UHGV virus genome: UHGV-2027706
DNA: 18,689 nucleotides
Reading direction: 5' to 3' (one strand)
Source: a virus
Shown here: positions 7,129 to 14,463 of the stretch, piece by piece
How the letters are laid out: the number at the start of each line of letters is the position of its first letter
Position numbering within the stretch: the first letter of the stretch is position 1
Program-made: the position numbers and the translations under genes
The notes under the pieces: generated by a model
Seen by the model: the letters and a program-made list of their open reading frames with translations, nothing else
What the model was told of the DNA's origin: nothing
Databases searched by the model: none

Positions 7129-7219
7129 AGAAGATTTCCAATAATCAGAACAAGTCGGCTCCTGTTTAGTTACGAGCGACATTGCTCACATAGCAGACTC
7201 GCAAATCTGCTATAGGTGC

Positions 7220-7378
7220 TTATTCGCATCGCATGACAACATCAAATTTTTCGAGATTACTTTGTCGCAACAATCCTTCTTCGACGCGGTCAGCTTTTCT
7301 ATAATTATCAAATTCGAAATGTTTAATTACTTCTTTCGTTTCTCGCTCTATAACTTCAACGATGTATTTCTTATTCAT
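7220..7378 (-). CDS. Small hypothetical protein (52 aa; not in the ORF track)
   Basis: Translated by hand: MNKKYIVEVIERETKEVIKHFEFDNYRKADRVEEGLLRQSNLEKFDVVMRCE; ATG overlaps the stop of the upstream gene (TAATG). Confidence 0.4.
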   Translation of the reverse strand: MNKKYIVEVIERETKEVIKHFEFDNYRKADRVEEGLLRQSNLEKFDVVMRCE

Positions 7379-7647
7379 TACTCATCACCTATGGCTTTTT
7401 TGATAGCTTCGCGAGCCTTATTAACAGCTCCATACCATTCTGGATATGTTGTCGTTGTTCTATTTTCGGCTTGCTTAAGTAATAACTGAAGTGCTTCAAG
7501 TAAATCCGGTGCAGCCATAGCTAATCTTCCATTTGCTACGGCCTCTTCTGTTTCTTTACCGGATAGGGCCATTCCCGGGTGTGAAAATAAAATTAAGCCT
7601 GCAAAATTGGCTTCTCGCCAATTTTTCCTAGTACCTTTAAATTCCAT
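7378..7647 (-). CDS. Hypothetical early protein (89 aa)
   Basis: ORF on the operon strand with ATG at 7645-7647; weak SD; no recognisable motif. Confidence 0.5.
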   Translation of the reverse strand: MEFKGTRKNWREANFAGLILFSHPGMALSGKETEEAVANGRLAMAAPDLLEALQLLLKQAENRTTTTYPEWYGAVNKAREAIKKAIGDE

Positions 7648-7686
7648 GTTAGTCTCTGTTGTTTATGCCAAAAATAAAGGCCACCA

Positions 7687-7887
7687 TTAGGCAGCCTTGT
7701 TGTTCTGTTTACCAAGTTCTCTGGCAATCATTGCCGTCGTTCGTATTGCCCATTTATCGACATATTTCCCATCTTCCATTACAGGAAACATTTCTTCAGG
7801 CTTAACCATGCATTCCGATTGCAGCTTGCATCCATTGCATCGCTTGAATTGTCCACACCATTGATTTGTATCAATAGTCGTAGTCAT
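7687..7887 (-). CDS. ral: Ral-like restriction-alleviation protein (66 aa)
   Basis: Size (66 aa) and position just promoter-distal of N as in lambda; sequence MTTTIDTNQWCGQFKRCNGCKLQSEC resembles my recollection of lambda Ral. Unverified. Confidence 0.45.
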   Translation of the reverse strand: MTTTIDTNQWCGQFKRCNGCKLQSECMVKPEEMFPVMEDGKYVDKWAIRTTAMIARELGKQNNKAA

Positions 7888-7965
7888 ACGGATAGTCCTG
7901 GTACTGTTCCATCACATCCTGCGGATGCTCTTCGAACTCTTCAAATTCTTCTTCCATATCTCACC

Positions 7966-8301
7966 TCAAATAAGTGGTTTGCTGCCTAATTTCATTTTCT
8001 GGCGACCAACACAAGTCACACCCATTTCACTGCGTGGCTTGCGGTAGTAAATACGGTTCTGTTTACTCTCGACTTCTTCTGCCTTCTTGCAGCGAAGGCT
8101 TCCGAGTGATATTGCTTTTTCAGAAAGGCTTAAACGCTTTCTCGGGGCTTCCTGAACAGGTTCCTCACTGTCTGTACTGAAGATCGAATCGATGATGTTG
8201 CAGATGGCATCACGCTCGATAGCCAGCTTTCTGCGCCGCTCATGACGGCGAGTTTTGGCATTTCCTGCAAATGTTGATTTCCCGTACACGATTACCGTCA
8301 T
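7966..8301 (-). CDS. N: Antitermination protein N, P22 gene-24 type (111 aa from ATG 8301)
   Basis: Arginine-rich motif GNAKTRRHERRRKLAIER (the P22 N boxB-binding peptide as I recall it) and a C-terminus RIYYRKPRSEMGVTCVGRQKMKLGSKPLI resembling lambda N; SD GAGGA upstream of ATG 8299-8301; cognate nutL immediately upstream. Confidence 0.85.
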   Translation of the reverse strand: MTVIVYGKSTFAGNAKTRRHERRRKLAIERDAICNIIDSIFSTDSEEPVQEAPRKRLSLSEKAISLGSLRCKKAEEVESKQNRIYYRKPRSEMGVTCVGRQKMKLGSKPLI

Positions 8302-8420
8302 GATATTTTCCTCATGTGAAATGGCTTTGGTGGTGATGCGCCAGATGCTGATCTTCTGGTTGCTGTCGTTGCAGCTGCAATTCACATCACCGCCAAACCC
8401 ATCTCGTTTGGTATCTGTTT

Positions 8421-8455
8421 GCGCTTTGTCAGCGCCCCATCGAAGTTAAAGAGCC
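8421..8455 (-). promoter_or_regulatory. nutL (boxA plus boxB)
   Basis: Minus strand reads GGCTCTTTAAC (boxA-like, plus 8445-8455) followed by GCGCTGACAAAGCGC (plus 8421-8435), which matches the P22 boxB hairpin from memory. Confidence 0.7.
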
Positions 8456-8500
8456 TGCCAATCTGTTCCGTTTGGCTTCCAGCGTCCTGCTGATGTGATG

Positions 8501-8539
8501 ATAATGAACCAATAGTTCGATATTATCAAGAACTATTGG
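8501..8539 (-). promoter_or_regulatory. Candidate pL core with overlapping palindromic operator
   Basis: Minus strand TTGATA (rc of 8524-8529), 17 nt, CATTAT (rc of 8501-8506), about 40 nt upstream of nutL; overlapped by the perfect palindrome CCAATAGTTC-N11-GAACTATTGG (8509-8539). Confidence 0.4.
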
Positions 8540-8710
8540 TACGAAATTTTTGTGATTTATTAATGCAGCGAGATATGATTTTGATATATAAGGAAATTTA
8601 TTTTTGTAAATGCTGCAGATTGGTCTGTAGTTGGAGGGAGTATTGCTGGTGAGTTGGTTCGCGGTTTACCACATTTGCGGCTATTAAATATGGGAGGGCG
8701 AACGTGAGGC

Positions 8711-8738
8711 AAAGAAAACCCGGCGCTGAGGCCGGGTT
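8711..8738 (-). terminator. Putative intrinsic terminator ending the cI / protease-like transcription unit
   Basis: AACCCGGC-gctgag-GCCGGGTT 8-bp stem (8717-8738) followed on the minus strand by UUUUCUUU; lies 13 nt past the stop at 8751-8753. Confidence 0.55.
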
Positions 8739-8750
8739 GTGAGGAATTAA

Positions 8751-8936
8751 TTACAGAGCAAAGAGATCATGCATTAGGTTGCTGTTCATCTGGTGGTTGA
8801 ATTGATACGGCTCCAATTCCTTCTTGATCTCGTTCAGGTGTTGTTCCGCTTTTTTTGCCAGATCGTGACCTTCTTGGATCTGGCTTTCCAACATCTTGTT
8901 GAGAATTTCCATCTCCGGTTGCAGATTCTTCGGCAT
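8751..8936 (-). CDS. Small helical protein (61 aa), out of frame inside the 3' end of the protease-like ORF
   Basis: ATG at 8934-8936 with SD AGAGGA about 9 nt upstream; product MPKNLQPEMEILNKMLESQIQEGHDLAKKAEQHLNEIKKELEPYQFNHQMNSNLMHDLFAL is protein-like and amphipathic. Confidence 0.4.
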   Translation of the reverse strand: MPKNLQPEMEILNKMLESQIQEGHDLAKKAEQHLNEIKKELEPYQFNHQMNSNLMHDLFAL

Positions 8937-9768
8937 TAGCTTTTTCCTCTTTTTGTAGATACGTTGTACAATCAATAACCCTCGGCTTTCCAAATGTTGG
9001 AATGTCACCATTATGAATTTTGTCACAGAAAAGATTATAGAGTATTTCTGTTATACCTTTAGGATGCTCAACACACTTGAAAAGTTCCTTGGCTTCTTTT
9101 CTGTCGATAACAAATCCATGTGAAGGATATGAGGCTATTAGTTTGCCTAACGCCCCTTCTTTTAGGCTGCTTGGTTTGTCTGCTAATCGTTGGCCATAAG
9201 TGATAGCTATACTCATTGCGCGCTGATGTTCACCAAGCTTTATTGGATCTATCTGTGCGGCCATAGGTGCTATCAACGCTTCTGTAAGTCTGGTCGCGAT
9301 ATCAGCAGACATTTTGGTACTTATCTGATTTTCGTATCTTATCTTAACAAGGTGTGAGTTAAACGCTGAAATAGAGCGTTCCTTTAGAGCATCAAGAGCT
9401 GTCATGATAGCTAAACCAGAACTCATCTCACCTATTTCATCGTTTTTTTTCAGTTGGATATCTAATGGCCCAAGCTCCCCCATGTCACCAATAACAAGTT
9501 TATTGGCTGCTATAGCTATTAGTGTACCAGCACTTTTGCATGGTCCAACAACTAAAAGTGTTACCGTTTCATAATGGTGCTGTAGAGCTCTACCTATACG
9601 ATAACCTGCATTTGGATCACCGCCATAAGTAGCAACACAGAAGATAACATTCTCTTTTAATCCATGTTGTGACTTACGTTTCTTGATTTCATTGGTGAGA
9701 TCAAGATAACCATCACGATGAATATCGCCTGTATACACATAAACATCATGATTTTCAATAGAATTCAT
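8767..9768 (-). CDS. ClpP/SppA-fold (SDH / S49-like) putative serine peptidase (333 aa) at the rexAB-equivalent locus
   Basis: ATG at 9766-9768 with SD GGAG 8 nt upstream; N-terminal half has the ClpP-fold signature VTLLVVGPCKSAGTLIAIAANKLVIGDMGELGPLDIQL (compare ClpP GQAASMGAFLLAAG); the last 58 residues are low-complexity and overlap the 61-aa ORF. Confidence 0.7.
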   Translation of the reverse strand: MNSIENHDVYVYTGDIHRDGYLDLTNEIKKRKSQHGLKENVIFCVATYGGDPNAGYRIGRALQHHYETVTLLVVGPCKSAGTLIAIAANKLVIGDMGELGPLDIQLKKNDEIGEMSSGLAIMTALDALKERSISAFNSHLVKIRYENQISTKMSADIATRLTEALIAPMAAQIDPIKLGEHQRAMSIAITYGQRLADKPSSLKEGALGKLIASYPSHGFVIDRKEAKELFKCVEHPKGITEILYNLFCDKIHNGDIPTFGKPRVIDCTTYLQKEEKANAEESATGDGNSQQDVGKPDPRRSRSGKKSGTTPERDQEGIGAVSIQPPDEQQPNA

Positions 9769-9934
9769 TCGTTAAACTCCCTGCTGTGGTTACGATGAAT
9801 GTATTCATGTTGAAGCTAAGCCATAGCGGCTTGTCATCATCACCAATCTGGCGGAATTGACTGTTCATAAATCACAATTGGACTCACCCAAACGTCTCTT
9901 CAGGCCACTGGTTACCAGCTATGTGACGATGAAG

Positions 9935-10642
9935 TCACGAACTTTTCAGCCACTCCCTTGCCTCGATGTCATCCAGATGGCGAGATTGCTTCAGAATACC
10001 AGCCACATACTCCACCTTTGCTACTTGATGATAAGGCAACGTTATTGGCCTGTGGTCCTGGTTGATGCTTGTAAATTGGTATTCTCCGTCTCTGTCATAG
10101 CCAAGAACTTTGATCATGTTGTGTCCTTCAACAGTTCTGACAAACACCTCATCACCCGGGAATACTTTGGTGTTAGGCTCAATGAGTACATATTCTCCTG
10201 ATTTTATTCTGGGCCACATGCTGTCTCCTTTCACACGAAGACCAAAGGCATCTGGATCATCGCTATAAATCTTGAGCCACCCATCGCGCTCTTCGGTCAT
10301 CTCGATGGCACCATCAACACCAAGAATTGCCTCACCAACCACGCGCACTAACCCTTTTTTTAATTTGCCAACAAATGAAAGAGTATCTTCATCATTCGCT
10401 CCATTTAACGAAGTGCCGTGCTGAAGCCAAACAACATCAACGTTTAGAAATTTCGCAAGCGCATTCATTTTTTCCTGACGCGGTAAAGACTCAGCATTAA
10501 ACCATTTGCTAACGCCTTTGGACGAAAGAGAAAGGGCACGGGCTATGGCCATCCCCCTACCATGTTCATCAAGACCAGCTTCTTTACAGGCTTGCGCTAG
10601 CCGCTGGGCGAATTCTTTGCGCACTTTTTCATTCTGAACCAT
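9935..10642 (-). CDS. cI: CI-type prophage repressor (235 aa; HTH plus LexA-like S24 autopeptidase domain)
   Basis: N-terminal HTH (GMAIARALSLSSKGVSKW) and C-terminal S24 domain with GDSMWP serine motif; divergent from cro across a short operator interval; ATG at 10640-10642. Confidence 0.9.
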   Translation of the reverse strand: MVQNEKVRKEFAQRLAQACKEAGLDEHGRGMAIARALSLSSKGVSKWFNAESLPRQEKMNALAKFLNVDVVWLQHGTSLNGANDEDTLSFVGKLKKGLVRVVGEAILGVDGAIEMTEERDGWLKIYSDDPDAFGLRVKGDSMWPRIKSGEYVLIEPNTKVFPGDEVFVRTVEGHNMIKVLGYDRDGEYQFTSINQDHRPITLPYHQVAKVEYVAGILKQSRHLDDIEAREWLKSS

Positions 10643-10661
10643 GAGTACGATACTAAAGCAC

Positions 10662-10705
10662 TTGCAAAAACTTTCAGTTCAATCATAATGCGTACTGAAA
10701 GTACG
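10662..10705 (+). promoter_or_regulatory. pR with overlapping operator repeats (oR)
   Basis: TTGCAA (10662-10667), 16 nt, CATAAT (10684-10689); inverted repeat ACTTTCAGT (10670-10678) / ACTGAAAGT (10694-10702) and near-palindrome CGTACTgaaAGTACG (10691-10705) overlap the -10 and start site. Confidence 0.55.
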
Positions 10706-10720
10706 AAAAAGGATATTCCT

Positions 10721-10948
10721 ATGCAAAATCTTGATGAGCCGATTAAAGGTGTCGGCATCCCTGAAGTTGCGAAGGCTTGTGGAGTTAGCGAAAGGGCTGT
10801 CTATAAGTGGCTTAAAAACGGCTTCCTCCCTAAGACTGAGTTTTTTGGGAAAACGAAATATGCATCAAAAATCGAAGAGATTTCTGGTGGCAAATATCAA
10901 GCAAGCGAAATGCTTGAAATAAGCAAAAAGAACCTTCTGGCTGCATAA
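10721..10948 (+). CDS. cro: Cro-like HTH regulator (75 aa from ATG 10721)
   Basis: Divergent from cI; HTH segment IPEVAKACGVSERAVYKWLKNG; AAGGA upstream of ATG 10721; the track start 10688 lies inside the operator region. Confidence 0.75.
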   Translation: MQNLDEPIKGVGIPEVAKACGVSERAVYKWLKNGFLPKTEFFGKTKYASKIEEISGGKYQASEMLEISKKNLLAA

Positions 10949-10955
10949 GTAACAT

Positions 10956-10990
10956 CGCTCTTTATCAATCTGCACCGCCGACAACGCGGT
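10956..10990 (+). promoter_or_regulatory. nutR (boxA plus boxB)
   Basis: CGCTCTTTAT (10956-10965) followed by hairpin ACCGC-cgacaac-GCGGT (10974-10990), the P22-type boxB from memory; followed by a second hairpin ACTCATC-gaaa-GATGAGT (11003-11020). Confidence 0.7.
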
Positions 10991-11054
10991 AACTAATTAA
11001 GCACTCATCGAAAGATGAGTATTAGTGATTATTTACCTATGGAAATAGTAAGAA

Positions 11055-11351
11055 ATGGAACAAACAAGTTACAGCAAACTATCACAGCGCGACGTTGATC
11101 GCGCAGAAACAGATTTACTTATCAACCTGTCAGCGATTACCCAGCGCGGTCTGGCAAAGATGATTGGCTGTCATGAATCGAAGATAAGCAGAACGGACTG
11201 GCGGTTTATTGCTTCGGTTCTGTGTGCTTTCGGAATGGCATCGGACATCAGTCCGATTAGCAGGGCTTTTAAGTATGCGCTTGATGGAATCACAAAGAAA
11301 AAATCCCCGGCCGCCACCGAGGATTTTAAGCAAATTGATATGCAATTCTGA
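11055..11351 (+). CDS. cII: CII-like transcriptional activator (98 aa)
   Basis: C-terminus [18 protein letters not shown] matches the lambda CII tail KKRPAATERSEQIQMEF from memory; central HTH ([15 protein letters not shown]); position after cro and nutR. Confidence 0.85.
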   Translation: MEQTSYSKLSQRDVDRAETDLLINLSAITQRGLAKMIGCHESKISRTDWRFIASVLCAFGMASDISPISRAFKYALDGITKKKSPAATEDFKQIDMQF

Positions 11352-11383
11352 GGGAATTACTGGATCAATCCACAGGAGTCATT

Positions 11384-11530
11384 ATGACAAAACAACTCAG
11401 TCCTTACCAGGACAAAATTCACAAACACATACTACGTGATCGCTTCCTGTCCAGCTTCAAGCAGCCTGGTCGATTCCGGGCTGAGTTGGAAAAGGTGAAG
11501 CTGATGCAGAAGGAGAAAGGTCATGAGTAA
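11384..11530 (+). CDS. Small hypothetical protein (48 aa; not in the ORF track)
   Basis: ATG at 11384 with SD AGGAG 7 nt upstream; [48 protein letters not shown]; 3' end overlaps the O start. Confidence 0.45.
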   Translation: MTKQLSPYQDKIHKHILRDRFLSSFKQPGRFRAELEKVKLMQKEKGHE

Positions 11531-12422
11531 CATATCTAATCTAGCCGAAGCCAGAGAGGCCAGAAGGCTACAACAACCGCATCAAAGCAGCGGTAAGGGG
11601 TATGCCTTGCTGCACCGTAAAATTATGGATGTGCCGTTTTACAAGGACGCAGAAGCTGCACATCTGTGGGTTCACTTAATCCTCAAAGCAAAGCATACGC
11701 CTGAGTATGTAATGACTGACGCAGGAGAAATTCTGGTAGGCAGAGGGAAGCTACTTGGCGGTAGAAACTCTCTGGCGTTTGAAACAGGACTCAAACCAGA
11801 TCGCGTTCAGTACCTGCTTAGAAAGTTCAAAAAACTCGGCATGATTGACTGGGTTTCACACGGTAAATTCTCAGTTTTCTCGGTAGAGAAATATGACGAT
11901 TATCAGTCAAATTTTGTACCAGTAGATTACCAGCAAATTACCACCTCAAAGCCAGCAATACCAATGCCTGTAAGCAATGCTGTACCAGCAGATTACCAGC
12001 AAATTACCACAGATAAAGAATATAGTAATATTATCTCTAATACTGACGTATTAGAGAGTGCCACAGCAGACAAAAAGTCTGACAAGAAAAAACCTTCCGT
12101 CAGCTGTCAGGATGTTGTCGATGCTTACCACGAAATCCTTCCTGAAGCGCCAAGAATCCGCGCACTGAATGACAAGCGTAAAAACCAGATCCGAACGTTC
12201 TGGCGCAAAGCCGGAGTGATAACCCGCCAGCTTGACGGGCATGGGTTCACGATGCAGGACTGGAGAAATTATTTGAGCTACGTAGGCGAAAATTGTCGAT
12301 GGATGTTCGAAGAGCGTCCAAACCATCAACGCGGAACTGTCTGGCACAAAAAGGGATTTGATTACCTGCTTAACGATAATACCTACCTGAAAGTTCGTGA
12401 GGGTGAACACGATGACCGATAA
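11523..12422 (+). CDS. O: Replication initiator O-like protein (299 aa) with internal origin
   Basis: Position immediately upstream of the helicase; internal peptide repeat [10 protein letters not shown] / [10 protein letters not shown] encoded by iteron-like DNA repeats; basic DNA-binding N-terminus. Confidence 0.8.
   Translation: MSNISNLAEAREARRLQQPHQSSGKGYALLHRKIMDVPFYKDAEAAHLWVHLILKAKHTPEYVMTDAGEILVGRGKLLGGRNSLAFETGLKPDRVQYLLRKFKKLGMIDWVSHGKFSVFSVEKYDDYQSNFVPVDYQQITTSKPAIPMPVSNAVPADYQQITTDKEYSNIISNTDVLESATADKKSDKKKPSVSCQDVVDAYHEILPEAPRIRALNDKRKNQIRTFWRKAGVITRQLDGHGFTMQDWRNYLSYVGENCRWMFEERPNHQRGTVWHKKGFDYLLNDNTYLKVREGEHDDR
11916..12056. repeat. Iteron-like direct repeats plus AT-rich tract (candidate ori) inside the O gene
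   Basis: 29-bp direct repeat GTACCAG(T/C)AGATTACCAGCAAATTACCAC at 11916-11944 and 11982-12010 (1 mismatch), followed by AT-rich 12011-12056 (AGATAAAGAATATAGTAATATTATCTCTAATACT). Confidence 0.6.
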
Positions 12423-13848
12423 TTTTTATGCGCCGCCCCATAGCATCGAGGCAGAGCAGGCGGTGATTGGTGGATTGCTTCTGGATGATGACAGCAGTGA
12501 GCGCGTCCAGAAAGTTCTGGCAATGCTGAAGCCTGATTCATTTTACAGCCGACCACACAAAATCCTTTTCGAAGAAATAACCAGAATGCACCGTGAGCAA
12601 AAGCCAGTAGATGGCCTGACGCTTTTCGATGAACTGGAGCGTAAATCGTTAACGGCGTCTGTTGGCGGTTTTGCTTATATCGCTGAGATCGCAAAGAACA
12701 CGCCAAGCGCAGCAAACATCGTTGCCTATGCAATGCAGGTTCGTGAAACCGCAATGGAACGCTACGCCATCAACCGCATGACTGAAGCGACGGAATTGCT
12801 CTATTCCCGCAACGGAATGACTGCAACGCAGAAGTACGAAGCTATTCAGGCAATTTTCACGCAACTGACAGACCATGCAAAAACCGGATCGCGTCGCGGC
12901 CTTCGCTCATTTGGTGAGGTCATGGAAGACTGGGTTAGCGACCTTGAGAAGCGATTTGACCCGTCAGGCGAACAACGAGGAATGAGCACAGGGATCCCAT
13001 CGCTGGACAGGATGCTGTCACCGAAAGGTCTGGTGAAAGGCTCTCTGTTTGTCATTGGCGCTCGCCCTAAGATGGGGAAAACGACGCTATACAGCCAGAT
13101 GGCAATCAACTGCGCAGTGTATGAGAAAAAGCCCGCTCTGATGTTCAGCCTTGAAATGCCAGGTGATCAGATACTGGAAAAACTGGTAGGGCAGAAGTCT
13201 GGTGTTAACCCGAATATTTTTTACCTTCCGGCGACAAATGACGCCGATGACGGCTATCAGGGTGATTACGATGGTGACTTCAACAGGGCGATCGAAACAG
13301 CCAATCGCTTGAGTGAAATCGACATGCTTTACATCGACGACACGCCGGGATTATCTCTGGCTCAAATCGTCAGCGAAAGCCGTCGAATCAAGCGAGAAAA
13401 AGGATGTGTTGGCATGATTCTGGTCGATTACCTGACACTAATGACCGCTGAGAAGGCCGATCGCAACGACCTTGCTTACGGCATGATCACCAAAGGACTG
13501 AAGAACCTTGCCAAAGAGCTTGATTGCGTTGTTGTGCTTCTGACGCAGCTTAACCGCGCACTGGAAAGCCGAACCAATAAACGCCCATTACCAAGTGACT
13601 CGCGCGATACAGGGCAGATTGAACAGGATTGCGATTATTGGGTGGGGATCCATCGTGAAGGTGCTTTTGATGACAGTGTTCCACCTGGTGAAACCGAACT
13701 AATCCTTCGTCTCAACCGTCATGGCAATACCGGCACGGTGTATTGCATTCAGGCAAATGGCGCTATTTATGACACAGACCAACAGTCTGCTGAAATGCGC
13801 CGCCGTGAACGCGAGGAGCCGCAGTCCAAGAAGAAAGGAGGATTCTGA
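12412..13848 (+). CDS. DnaB-like replicative helicase (478 aa from ATG 12412)
   Basis: DnaB N-terminal signature SIEAEQAVIGGLLLD, Walker A GARPKMGKTT, Walker B-like ILVDYL; SD GAGGG 6 nt upstream of ATG 12412. Confidence 0.9.
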   Translation: MTDNFYAPPHSIEAEQAVIGGLLLDDDSSERVQKVLAMLKPDSFYSRPHKILFEEITRMHREQKPVDGLTLFDELERKSLTASVGGFAYIAEIAKNTPSAANIVAYAMQVRETAMERYAINRMTEATELLYSRNGMTATQKYEAIQAIFTQLTDHAKTGSRRGLRSFGEVMEDWVSDLEKRFDPSGEQRGMSTGIPSLDRMLSPKGLVKGSLFVIGARPKMGKTTLYSQMAINCAVYEKKPALMFSLEMPGDQILEKLVGQKSGVNPNIFYLPATNDADDGYQGDYDGDFNRAIETANRLSEIDMLYIDDTPGLSLAQIVSESRRIKREKGCVGMILVDYLTLMTAEKADRNDLAYGMITKGLKNLAKELDCVVVLLTQLNRALESRTNKRPLPSDSRDTGQIEQDCDYWVGIHREGAFDDSVPPGETELILRLNRHGNTGTVYCIQANGAIYDTDQQSAEMRRREREEPQSKKKGGF

Positions 13849-13931
13849 TGACCATCTACATCACTGAGCTAATAACAGGCCTGCTGGTAATCGCAGGCTT
13901 TTTTATTTGGGGGAGAGTAAATCGTGGCTGA
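13848..13931 (+). CDS. Possible 27-aa hydrophobic peptide (MTIYITELITGLLVIAGFFIWGRVNRG)
   Basis: ATG overlaps the helicase stop (TGATG); single predicted transmembrane stretch; not in the ORF track. Confidence 0.3.
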   Translation: MTIYITELITGLLVIAGFFIWGRVNRG

Positions 13932-14250
13932 CGGGCAAATTCCAATCATCATTCTTGCCGGAGCTTCGCTGGTTGCTGGCTTTATCCTGCTGAAAAAGCA
14001 TAAAGACCGTGATCAAAAAGTCAAAGTTCTCTATGGGTATCCAGCGAACAGCACAACATGGCTGACCATTTACCACTACCGAAAATCAGGCCGCTGGGTA
14101 TTCGAATGGGATGATCTGTTCGCTGAAAAGCGACCAAAGTCATGGGGAGACATCAGCGAATGCATGATGTTTGAAGAAAGAAAATCCGGCGCAACCCGAG
14201 AAGAGTTTAACGAAGCGTGGAGGCGATTAAGTGAGAGAGGGTATCAATGA
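13924..14250 (+). CDS. Hypothetical membrane-anchored protein (108 aa, GTG start)
   Basis: GTG at 13924 with SD GGGGGAGAG 6-7 nt upstream; N-terminal hydrophobic segment IPIIILAGASLVAGFILL. Confidence 0.5.
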   Translation: MADGQIPIIILAGASLVAGFILLKKHKDRDQKVKVLYGYPANSTTWLTIYHYRKSGRWVFEWDDLFAEKRPKSWGDISECMMFEERKSGATREEFNEAWRRLSERGYQ

Positions 14251-14463
14251 GCAGAATTAAATCTGGTTATCCAGGGAATGGGGAATACCCGAAGCCATAT
14301 TTACCTGTAACAGTGACCACTTAATCTAAGCATCCACATCATTTCAAGCATAGTGGTACAGCTTATTGGAGTGGCAAGCGGTGGATAGGTATTGATGGGT
14401 TCAAAATTGGGTATGCAAAGGTAATTAAATGGGAATTTAACATCGCACACTGGAGTTCATCCC

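Noticed and set aside
7966-8385. 139-aa long form of N starting at 8385
   Set aside because: The 28-residue extension (MNCSCNDSNQKISIWRITTKAISHEENI) runs into nutL and has no SD; the ATG at 8301 has a GAGGA SD and yields a protein starting just before the arginine-rich motif.
10643-10720. A specific pRM promoter call for cI
   Set aside because: Candidate -10 TAGTAT (rc of 10650-10655) lacks a convincing -35 at 17 +/- 1 nt; cannot be supported from sequence alone.
11003-11040. Hairpin ACTCATC-gaaa-GATGAGT after nutR as an intrinsic tR1 terminator
   Set aside because: The downstream tract (ATTAGTGATTATTTACC) is only moderately U-rich, and lambda tR1 is Rho-dependent; noted as structure but not called as a terminator.
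12051-13109. Minus-strand ORFs 12051..12410, 12383..12754, 12649..12876 and 12846..13109
   Set aside because: Antisense to the O and helicase genes, which have clear motifs; no independent support.
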